A DNA stretch of 36,450 nt from a virus (lineage: Duplodnaviria; Caudoviricetes): positions 1 to 36,450 of the IMG/VR virus record IMGVR_UViG_3300020045_011376. The stretch is one strand, 5' to 3'. Below are positions 1 to 7,450 of this stretch, piece by piece (position 1 is the first letter of the stretch; every line of letters begins with the position of its first letter). Position numbers and translations under genes: made by a program. Under the pieces are notes generated by a model. The model saw only the letters and a program-made list of their open reading frames with translations, made no database searches and was not told the origin of the DNA.

Positions 1-121
1 AAGACAATTAGGGAGACGTTCAATGTCGGAGAAATCGATTCAGGCCAATTCGCAGAGCATGCTAGCTCACCTTCAGGCAGCCGAGAAGATGATACTGGAT
101 CACTTCCCGGCGTCTAATGAG
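1..121. repeat. Terminal direct repeat, left copy (circular assembly overlap)
   Basis: 1-121 is identical to 36330-36450, implying a circular or circularly permuted unit of 36,329 bp. Confidence 0.95.
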
Positions 122-298
122 CAGCGAAAGGAAGCCCAACGGCTAATCCACCAGCTTTGGGCAATGCTCTTTCTAGGCTACAGCAGCGCGCCCGCTGTAA
201 ATGCTGAAGCGCCGTTCAGCCTAGAGCCTTCCATCCCACCGGAAGATAGCGTTCCCGCTAAGAAGCGTGCTAAGGCGAAAAAGAAGGCGAAGAGATAG
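23..298 (+). CDS. Hypothetical protein with basic C-terminal tail; last gene of the Bet operon
   Basis: GGGAG upstream of ATG; converges on 301..2259; in the circle it overlaps the end of 35982..36446. Confidence 0.65.
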   Translation: MSEKSIQANSQSMLAHLQAAEKMILDHFPASNEQRKEAQRLIHQLWAMLFLGYSSAPAVNAEAPFSLEPSIPPEDSVPAKKRAKAKKKAKR

Positions 299-300
299 CC

Positions 301-2259
301 TCAAATGTCCTCAAGGAAGCTGTGCAAATCCGCTCGATCTTCCTTGGGGAGCTTTTTATATTCCTGCCTGCTCGCCTCGGCTTCCCCTGCGTGCCACATC
401 ACCGCTTCTTGCAACGTCCTTGCCCTGCCATCGTGGAGCATATCGATCCTATTGGAGCGCACCGCGTCCCATGCCGATGACCAAAGGATCGATATGTCCC
501 CAGGCCTGAACTGGTTAGGCCGAGAGTCGGTCGACGCTCGCTTAGCTGCAAAGCCTATGAGTGGCGCGGTCCTCCACATCGACGATAGCTTGCCGCCCAT
601 GGAATCCTTCAGCCCTTCGCCCATGTCGTGCAAAAGAAAATCGCTAAATAGCTGGACGTCCTGATTCATCAGTTCGGTGAAGCGGTGCCCGCCCGTCCGA
701 GCACTTGGGATGTGGCATTTCGCGCAGCCGATCTTTCTGAAAGTCAGGCCTCCTCTCATGATGCCATGGCCTTCGGGGTTCATCCTCGGAGGGGGACCTA
801 AGAGAGCTAGATAAGTCGTGATGTCATCAATAGCTGGCTGAAAGAGCTTTCCTTTGCCGCCTTTGCATCCGTTTGAGCAATCGAGCATTGAAAACTTCTC
901 AGTTTGGACACCTAGGTCTGTGGTCATAGCTGACTGGACTTGATCTTCTATTGTGGCTCTTTCTGCCTTATGCCCGAATCTTCCGACTCTCCATTCATCA
1001 TTAGAGACGGTTCCTCCATTATCTTTAGCATACCCCCTAATCGTGTCATCAGGGATTGCCTCAATGAGTCCGAGAGCAACCCACGGCAATGGCCTTCTAG
1101 GACTTGTTCCGAGATTTGATTTATCAAGACCCGAAAGTATATCAAATATTGGTTTCCGTAGTTCAACGCTTTCTCCATCTGAAAAGGCTTCCTTCGAGTA
1201 TTCCCACCTGACGCTAACTGTTCCCTCGGCTTTAGCGCCAGAAGTTTGGACTTGAGATCCAAAGGCCTTGTGTGCGGTAAGGTCGCGGCTATCGGCTGTC
1301 CTTAGGATCGTTGTATCGGTTCGCCCGCTTCCGAGTAGCGCCGATCCGTTGTTAAGGTGACAGCTGACGCAAGCGCCTTGGACGTTATAGGCGGTGCCCT
1401 GATAGCCAGCCCGGTAAGCCCGGTCCCCCTCGAAGAAGAGGCTAGGCTTATCGTCGGACACCTCGCCTACGTGCTGGCCAGTTGTAAAGTCTGTGTGAGC
1501 CCACGCCCTGCCGAAAAGGAAGGCTTGAGCGTTCTCAGCCCTGAGGTTTGTAGCGGCTTGCTCCAAGGCCTTCCACGGCTCGACCCTCGTCGTCACGGTC
1601 GTCATAGAGCCGCCCGAGTAGCGCTCAGGCGATGCCTCGCCGTTGGCTTGCGTCGGATGATCGATCTTCAGGCCAGGCTCGCCTAGCTTGATCCTCACGA
1701 ACTCCGAGTAGTACGCCGATAGATTGTGACCGTTGGCCTGCTTTTGTTTCTTCCAGTCCGGGAAGGATTCGTCGAGAAAAAACCTAACCTCCATCGTAAG
1801 GATCTTGCCCGGCTTCATCGCCTCGCCCGCCGCGTTGAAAGCGCCCTCATCTAGCGTGGCCGTGAAAACCCTGGAATCGCGAACGTGGGTCATTCGGATG
1901 TTGAATAAGAACTTCGAGCGGAGGGTTTCATCTCGGCCCAAGGGATCGCCCGTATAGACCGCGCTGAAATCAGGCCCTCGCGTTGGGATATAGTTCTGAG
2001 GCCACTCAGTCGTGAGGGTGACGGTCAGGCGTTTTTTCCCGGCAGATGTAAAGTCTTCGATCTTTACGGTCGTGCCTCTTCCTTGCCAGTAGAAGGGGTT
2101 ATATTTCGAGAAGTCCATATCGTTCTCGTGGCGTCTTCGTTGTCTAGGCACGAAATCGGTGACCGATACTTGCCCTGTCTGGGCTGGCAGAGGCACGAGG
2201 ACAGGCGTTGAGGCGAAGGCTAGGTCGCATAGAAGTAGGCTCAAAAACAGCAGACGCAT
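301..2259 (-). CDS. Exported di-heme cytochrome c protein, DUF1111/DHOR-like
   Basis: Signal peptide MRLLFLSLLLCDLAFA; two CxxCH motifs (CVSCH, CAKCH); family-like motifs GRFGHKA, FSDFLLHDMG, WRTAPL, LHDGRARTLQEAVMWHAGEA; ATG at 2259 has a GGAG RBS and is preferred over TTG at 2277. Confidence 0.85.
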   Translation of the reverse strand: MRLLFLSLLLCDLAFASTPVLVPLPAQTGQVSVTDFVPRQRRRHENDMDFSKYNPFYWQGRGTTVKIEDFTSAGKKRLTVTLTTEWPQNYIPTRGPDFSAVYTGDPLGRDETLRSKFLFNIRMTHVRDSRVFTATLDEGAFNAAGEAMKPGKILTMEVRFFLDESFPDWKKQKQANGHNLSAYYSEFVRIKLGEPGLKIDHPTQANGEASPERYSGGSMTTVTTRVEPWKALEQAATNLRAENAQAFLFGRAWAHTDFTTGQHVGEVSDDKPSLFFEGDRAYRAGYQGTAYNVQGACVSCHLNNGSALLGSGRTDTTILRTADSRDLTAHKAFGSQVQTSGAKAEGTVSVRWEYSKEAFSDGESVELRKPIFDILSGLDKSNLGTSPRRPLPWVALGLIEAIPDDTIRGYAKDNGGTVSNDEWRVGRFGHKAERATIEDQVQSAMTTDLGVQTEKFSMLDCSNGCKGGKGKLFQPAIDDITTYLALLGPPPRMNPEGHGIMRGGLTFRKIGCAKCHIPSARTGGHRFTELMNQDVQLFSDFLLHDMGEGLKDSMGGKLSSMWRTAPLIGFAAKRASTDSRPNQFRPGDISILWSSAWDAVRSNRIDMLHDGRARTLQEAVMWHAGEAEASRQEYKKLPKEDRADLHSFLEDI

Positions 2260-2275
2260 AGACGGCTCTCCAAGC

Positions 2276-2314
2276 AAAAACCCTGCCCAAACATAGACGC
2301 TCGGGCAGGGTTTT
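2276..2314 (-). terminator. Intrinsic terminator-like hairpin between the two cargo genes
   Basis: AAAACCCTGCCC...GGGCAGGGTTTT inverted repeat; T-run follows on the minus strand. Confidence 0.7.
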
Positions 2315-2333
2315 AAATAGTTTTGGTAATTCC

Positions 2334-3629
2334 TTAAAGCTTCACCGAAGGGCTCTCGGCGTTAGGTGCGAAGAAGTTCCAAAGCTGATTCCGCTGTCCA
2401 GCAGGATTGCATACCCATTGTACGATCCTTCCCGAGCCAACATCAAGGTCAAGGCACTTGCCAGAATTGACGTTCACGATTTGAAGGTTACCGGCGCCCT
2501 TGTCGACGAGACGGAATTTCTGGGCTGGGCTAGAGTTCCAATCCCATATTTGCATCAAAGCACCGTCTGCCAGAGAGCTACCGGGGACATCGACGAATTT
2601 ATTAGAGCCTGCGCCCTGGAACATGTGCTCGCCCGGGGCGCCTGGTCGCGCGTAGAAGGCTTGAGCGACTGTTTTGTTGCAAGCGTAGATTTGCAGCTTA
2701 AGGCCGTTGGCATTGCCGTTGGACGGGACATCGATGCACTGGCCGTTATAAACCGATCGGATTTGATAGCTGCCAGCAGGCTGGTTACCACCGCCAGCTG
2801 GCGGTGGATTAGTAGGGGGAGGATTGGTAGGGGGGGGAGTAGTGCCGCCACCGTTGTTGGGATAGAGGGAATTGAGACCGATAATATCACCAGCCGAAAG
2901 GCTGTTGTTATTGGCGGGGTCCTTGCAATAGTTCATGACGCTAAAGCGATCGTAAGCAGTGACGAAACGATACTGACCGCCGTTCGGCAATGTCCCCCTC
3001 TGATCGTTGCAAATGGGAGCATCGTTTCTCTCCTGCTCGTGCGCTAGGCCTAGCGCGTGCCCAAACTCGTGGACGACCGTGGATAGCGTATAGTCCACGA
3101 ACCAGGCTGGACGACCTGCTGGCCAGTCGTTTCTGTCGCGACAAACTCTGATCGCCATTGTGCCCGGTCCATCAGCACCACCTAGCTGACCATTGACGGG
3201 ACCGAGGTAGCTAACCCCTCCTCCTGCGCTTCTAGGCTGAGGATTACACGCATGCTCAGGACGAAGGTACATCCTGATTTGCTGAGGCGCATTCATGCCT
3301 TGGCATTTGCCTTGAAAGTTAAAGCCGATGCCAGCCTTGGCGTATTCCTGCGTCAGCTTAGCTTTGAAGTCTTCGATTAAGACCGGGCCTTGCTCAGGAT
3401 TCACGAAACAGACGTTAATGGCTTTAGGGTTCTGCCAGCGTCCTCCGCCTTGGTAGGTGATGGAGCGGCCTTTGATTTCTGTTTCGGGTGCCTTGAAGCC
3501 TTCGCCGTCTTCGGAAAGCTCCTCGGTCCCGCCGATCGAGATAATGGGAGTTGGAGCTTCTGGGATCTTGGGCTTTGCTTGGAGCGATAACGGAAGGAAT
3601 GCTAATGCCAGTAGCGAGATTTTGATCAT
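2334..3629 (-). CDS. Secreted metzincin Zn-metalloprotease with Pro/Thr linker and C-terminal ricin-B lectin domain
   Basis: Signal peptide; HEFGHALGLAHE zinc motif; Met-turn SVMNY; (PPPTN)n linker; QxF/QxW beta-trefoil repeats with CIDV and CLDL. Confidence 0.9.
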   Translation of the reverse strand: MIKISLLALAFLPLSLQAKPKIPEAPTPIISIGGTEELSEDGEGFKAPETEIKGRSITYQGGGRWQNPKAINVCFVNPEQGPVLIEDFKAKLTQEYAKAGIGFNFQGKCQGMNAPQQIRMYLRPEHACNPQPRSAGGGVSYLGPVNGQLGGADGPGTMAIRVCRDRNDWPAGRPAWFVDYTLSTVVHEFGHALGLAHEQERNDAPICNDQRGTLPNGGQYRFVTAYDRFSVMNYCKDPANNNSLSAGDIIGLNSLYPNNGGGTTPPPTNPPPTNPPPAGGGNQPAGSYQIRSVYNGQCIDVPSNGNANGLKLQIYACNKTVAQAFYARPGAPGEHMFQGAGSNKFVDVPGSSLADGALMQIWDWNSSPAQKFRLVDKGAGNLQIVNVNSGKCLDLDVGSGRIVQWVCNPAGQRNQLWNFFAPNAESPSVKL

Positions 3630-3764
3630 CTAATTCTCATCCTCTTTATTTGTTTTTTTCTTTCGAAATGATCTAGAAACGAAATCCCACACGAAGCGAG
3701 AAACCAGCCCAGCGACCATAATGATAGCGCGTCCAATAAGCTCATCTTTCGTGTCCTTGTCCAT
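3630..3764 (-). CDS. 44-aa membrane peptide, holin candidate (not in ORF track)
   Basis: MDKDTKDELIGRAIIMVAGLVSRFVWDFVSRSFRKKKTNKEDEN: hydrophobic segment plus charged tail; near the endolysin; its stop abuts the next ATG. Confidence 0.55.
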   Translation of the reverse strand: MDKDTKDELIGRAIIMVAGLVSRFVWDFVSRSFRKKKTNKEDEN

Positions 3765-3766
3765 CC

Positions 3767-4057
3767 TCACTCCCTTGCGATTAGCGATCCGTAGGAAGCC
3801 AAGACTATCTCGGTTAACTCCATCAAAATAAGCCCGAGTTCCTCGCCGTTCAAATCTTTAAGCTCATTTGGGACTTCGCTAATTCCCTCTTTCGCTTTCT
3901 TCAAGGCTTCGAATGCCGGGACTAGTCTTTTTATATCAGATAGCCCTACATGCCCCGCAGCAAAAATCTCTTTATGCTGAGCGATTAGAAACCTAATGGC
4001 TCTAAGTACGTCGGTCGTCTCTTCGATTCCTACCGTTTTTTGCTCTAATACTTCCAT
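3767..4057 (-). CDS. Hypothetical helical protein in lysis region
   Basis: ORF tiles between endolysin and holin candidate. Confidence 0.7.
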   Translation of the reverse strand: MEVLEQKTVGIEETTDVLRAIRFLIAQHKEIFAAGHVGLSDIKRLVPAFEALKKAKEGISEVPNELKDLNGEELGLILMELTEIVLASYGSLIARE

Positions 4058-4086
4058 AGATCTTCTCGCTTCTAGCTAAGAAATGT

Positions 4087-4572
4087 TCAAGCCCACTCAC
4101 TTGAGAGAGCCTTGTAGCGCGCCCGGAATTTGTCGACGTATTCCTGATTTCTATAGTAGCTCGGCGAGATCTTGTCGGCAAAGCCAGAATTATAAGCGGA
4201 TGCCTGATCGTCAAGGGATACGTATCGCTTTTGGTTCTTCGACAAAATTTGACAGACAACCTCAATGTTCCGCTCGGGTATCAAAAGCTTAGTAAGGTGA
4301 TCGCTATAGCCGCCACTCCTAGCCGTGCCGCCCATCACTTGCCCTAGGCCAAATGACATTTTCTGGCAGTTTAGCTCTGTTTGAAGGCTAATGCCTAGCT
4401 GCCTAGCATGCTCGGAAGCCTTCTCGAAGTACTTCCAATTCTGCTCGTAGCGCACTGCCCACGGGTTCCAAGCCGACTCGATGTGAATTATAGTATCGAC
4501 GAAATGAGGATCCAGGCCATGCTCGTTGGCTAGGACTTGCATATAGCCTAGGTATTTACTGCGTTCTTTCAT
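4087..4572 (-). CDS. Lytic transglycosylase (SLT domain), probable endolysin
   Basis: Catalytic IHIESAWNPWA, GLGQVM and AYNSG motifs. Confidence 0.88.
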   Translation of the reverse strand: MKERSKYLGYMQVLANEHGLDPHFVDTIIHIESAWNPWAVRYEQNWKYFEKASEHARQLGISLQTELNCQKMSFGLGQVMGGTARSGGYSDHLTKLLIPERNIEVVCQILSKNQKRYVSLDDQASAYNSGFADKISPSYYRNQEYVDKFRARYKALSSEWA

Positions 4573-4581
4573 TTTAATCTC

Positions 4582-4908
4582 TCAAAGTGAGGCAGCTTCC
4601 GCCGCTAGAGTGTCTTGAGTATCCCAATAGATATAAACCATAGGTGAAGAGCCCGCATGAGCCGGTGAAACGGTGAAGCCGTTCGCTGTAAGGTATTTCT
4701 GCCCTTGCACCGTTACGATAGCATCATAGAGAGGCTTATCGTTTATGCTGTAAACCTCAAGATAGATACCGCCCTTCTTTGCTACGACTAAAGCCTTGTC
4801 TTTCAAGGTCTGTAGGCTAGCCTGAATCCCCGAAAGCTCTTCTGCTCCCTTCGTCGTTCTGTAGGTTTTTGCAATTGCCGCAAGTTGAGCCGCTGCGCTG
4901 TCTGCCAT
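4582..4908 (-). CDS. Hypothetical protein
   Basis: Probable ATG at 4908 (MADSAAAQ...) directly after the upstream stop; the longer track version overlaps the previous gene. Confidence 0.7.
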   Translation of the reverse strand: MADSAAAQLAAIAKTYRTTKGAEELSGIQASLQTLKDKALVVAKKGGIYLEVYSINDKPLYDAIVTVQGQKYLTANGFTVSPAHAGSSPMVYIYWDTQDTLAAEAASL

Positions 4909-4909
4909 G

Positions 4910-5785
4910 TTATTTGACCTCGTATTGGAATGTGAAGGAGCAGTTATTGTTTCCCGATGCAGCAGCGTTAAAGTTGACTGCGACACGGTTGTTTCCTAGA
5001 GTCGTGTCAGCAGAAATATAGCCCATCGAAAACGCTGTACCGCTTGCTGCCGATCTAACAAAAACCCCGCCTGCGTCTTCGGAAAGTGATAACGACGAAG
5101 GGACTGGGATCGGGATATAGAAAATTGAGGCCGTATTAGCGCCCGTTGTGCAGTTTACGGTACAAAACCCGCTGACCGAAACGATGTTGCCGACTCTGCT
5201 GTAGGGAGTCGAAAAACCCACACATGCCGAAACATTGGTGCTGTTAGCAAGCGTTGGTGTGTATCTCGTGCCAAGTAAGTTCGTCGCCGCAATGAACGAC
5301 TGAGCGGTATAGCCAGACACCGGAACAGTAAAGCGAACGATAATAAAATCACCCGTAGCGAATGTCATCGGAGCGGCTTGGGTCACTGGGTTTATAACAG
5401 AAAGAGCAGCAGCAGCATCGTCGAGGAAGTAAACTGCAACAGACGTGCTGTTCACATAGCCTACCGCTCCCACGTAGGAAGCGGTACCAGCATCCCTTAT
5501 CGTGACATTGCTGTTCTCAAGGATGTTACCGCTCGATGTGTCGGTACTGATCATCCTAGTGGTGTCAATGGTGAAGGGAAGGTTTAGCGTCAAGCTTGCA
5601 GACGTGGGAGCACCTGTTAGCGCAATCCTCACTTCTACGTGAGCCTTAACGCCCGCTTGCTCAACAAAGCCAGTGTATGTTGTGTTAGCCGACCATGATC
5701 CCGTAGGCGTGAAGGCGACAACATCCGATAGGTTCGGAAGGGAAACAGGGACGCCAACAATCTCGTCAACTAGCTTAATAGCCAT
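4910..5785 (-). CDS. Tail fibre / receptor-binding protein, probably two beta-sandwich domains
   Basis: Thr/Ser/Val-rich beta-type sequence; YTPTL...YSRVGNIVSV module typical of fibre tips; position after other fibres. Confidence 0.7.
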   Translation of the reverse strand: MAIKLVDEIVGVPVSLPNLSDVVAFTPTGSWSANTTYTGFVEQAGVKAHVEVRIALTGAPTSASLTLNLPFTIDTTRMISTDTSSGNILENSNVTIRDAGTASYVGAVGYVNSTSVAVYFLDDAAAALSVINPVTQAAPMTFATGDFIIVRFTVPVSGYTAQSFIAATNLLGTRYTPTLANSTNVSACVGFSTPYSRVGNIVSVSGFCTVNCTTGANTASIFYIPIPVPSSLSLSEDAGGVFVRSAASGTAFSMGYISADTTLGNNRVAVNFNAAASGNNNCSFTFQYEVK

Positions 5786-6615
5786 TATGCAATCCTTACA
5801 GCAAAAAATTGAGAGTAGTCCGAACTTGCAAAACGCACGTCCCCTGAGCCGGTTCCAGCTATGTCTTGTTTTTGAACCATGATCTTATATGTAGTGCTAG
5901 CGCTTATGTTTAAGATCCCAGAGAAAGGAATAGGAGCGAAAATACGCGCTGTTCCAGTTGACGGCTGAGTTACCGATATGCGTTTGTCCCAGTTGTTTAT
6001 GGTTGTCCCGCCTGAATCCGTTATGACCACCCGCGCAGTCGTCTGATCGCCGAGCGTGGTTCCGCAAGTAGCGCTTGCCTGGATGCTAGCGTAAAGCATC
6101 CATACTCCTGCGCTAAGGGTAAACGTGGCGTTGGTCCAATCGGCAAGCGTTGTCGTTGTCGCTTGGGAAGCCGGTGCAGTCGTCCATGTTATCGTTTCGC
6201 CGATCATACCAGCCGGTATTGCCGAGCCACCTGTATAGCCTGGGACCTGGCCCGGCGTGCTGGCCAGCGTTGCAATATCGAAATCTATTTGCCAATCACT
6301 GGAGCCAAGCTCTCTGTAGAAATAAGCTGAAAAGTTCGGGTACCTAAAGCGGTAGGTATCCGCTGCGCCTCGGATCGTTCCACCGGCACCCGGCGCCACA
6401 TCGAGATAAAGGGTAGCGCTGGCCGTTCCGTTTTTGTTAACGACACCAACTAGCGCTGCTGTGGTCCCAGTTGGTAGCGTGAGAGTGTATGGGCCTGATG
6501 TCATATCATAGACATAAACAGCGTTTACTACAGCAGGATTTAGAGAGCTTGCCTGAGCCTGAATATACTTTGGAGACGGGAAGCCAATTTTGGACGTGAT
6601 GTCTATGTTTGCCAT
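5785..6615 (-). CDS. Tail fibre / receptor-binding paralog B
   Basis: Full-length similarity to 6617..7450; ends FFAVRIA. Confidence 0.75.
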   Translation of the reverse strand: MANIDITSKIGFPSPKYIQAQASSLNPAVVNAVYVYDMTSGPYTLTLPTGTTAALVGVVNKNGTASATLYLDVAPGAGGTIRGAADTYRFRYPNFSAYFYRELGSSDWQIDFDIATLASTPGQVPGYTGGSAIPAGMIGETITWTTAPASQATTTTLADWTNATFTLSAGVWMLYASIQASATCGTTLGDQTTARVVITDSGGTTINNWDKRISVTQPSTGTARIFAPIPFSGILNISASTTYKIMVQKQDIAGTGSGDVRFASSDYSQFFAVRIA

Positions 6616-6616
6616 A

Positions 6617-7450
6617 TTATGCGATCCTCACTGCAAAGAATTCCGATGCATCGCCCGATGCGTTTCTCACTTCAGCAGTACCAGTTCCGGTGAAGTTACC
6701 GCGCTGAACCATGAGTTTATAAACCTTGGTGCTGTTCACCGTAACTACTGCATAAAAAGGCATGTTATAGACAACCTTTGTCTCTGCTGCCGCTGGCGTT
6801 GATATCAAAGTTCTGTTGTCGAGAAACTGAAGTAGTGTCCCATCCGATTCCGTGACCATGACTCGTGCGGCTCGCGTGTTGTTGACTGCTGAACCTGACC
6901 TTACTTCTACGCAAACGCTTGCGCTTATGATCCAAACGCCTGGGGTTACTGTAAAGAAAGCGTTCGTCCAGTTCACGAGACTAGCGCCAAGGGTTTGCGT
7001 AACGGGAGGGGTCGCCCAGGTTACCCTTTCACCTCTATAACCAGGCGCAATAGGGACACCATTGCTAGCTCCTTTCACTAGCCCAGGAGTAGGGGTCAGG
7101 TTAAAATTAGCCGAATTAAAATCTATCTGCCAATCACTAGAGCCGCCTTCGCGATAGAACATGGCTGAGAAGTTAGCGGTTCTAAAGCGATAGGTATCCG
7201 CTGCGCCTCGGATCGTTCCTGAGCCTGCAACGACATCGAGGTATTTCGTCAAGCTTCCCGTTCCGTTTTTGCACAAGACGCCAATTTGCTCCGCTGTTGT
7301 TCCAGTTGGTAGCGTGAGAGTGTAGGGTCCGGAAGTCAGATCATACTCATACATCGTATAAGATGCTGCCGGGTTTAGAGACGCTGCAATCGAAACCGGG
7401 TTTATAATCGGTGCAACTTGAAGTTTTTGCGCTGTATCAATATTTGCCAT
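6617..7450 (-). CDS. Tail fibre / receptor-binding paralog A
   Basis: Shares MANID, TSGPYTLTLPTGTTA, GTIRGAADTYRFR, GSSDWQIDF and FFAVRIA with 5785..6615. Confidence 0.75.
   Translation of the reverse strand: MANIDTAQKLQVAPIINPVSIAASLNPAASYTMYEYDLTSGPYTLTLPTGTTAEQIGVLCKNGTGSLTKYLDVVAGSGTIRGAADTYRFRTANFSAMFYREGGSSDWQIDFNSANFNLTPTPGLVKGASNGVPIAPGYRGERVTWATPPVTQTLGASLVNWTNAFFTVTPGVWIISASVCVEVRSGSAVNNTRAARVMVTESDGTLLQFLDNRTLISTPAAAETKVVYNMPFYAVVTVNSTKVYKLMVQRGNFTGTGTAEVRNASGDASEFFAVRIA

Noticed and set aside
1-121. 121-bp terminal repeat as a biological DTR or att site
   Set aside because: It is an exact overlap cutting through coding sequence, typical of assembler circularisation. Real termini cannot be inferred.
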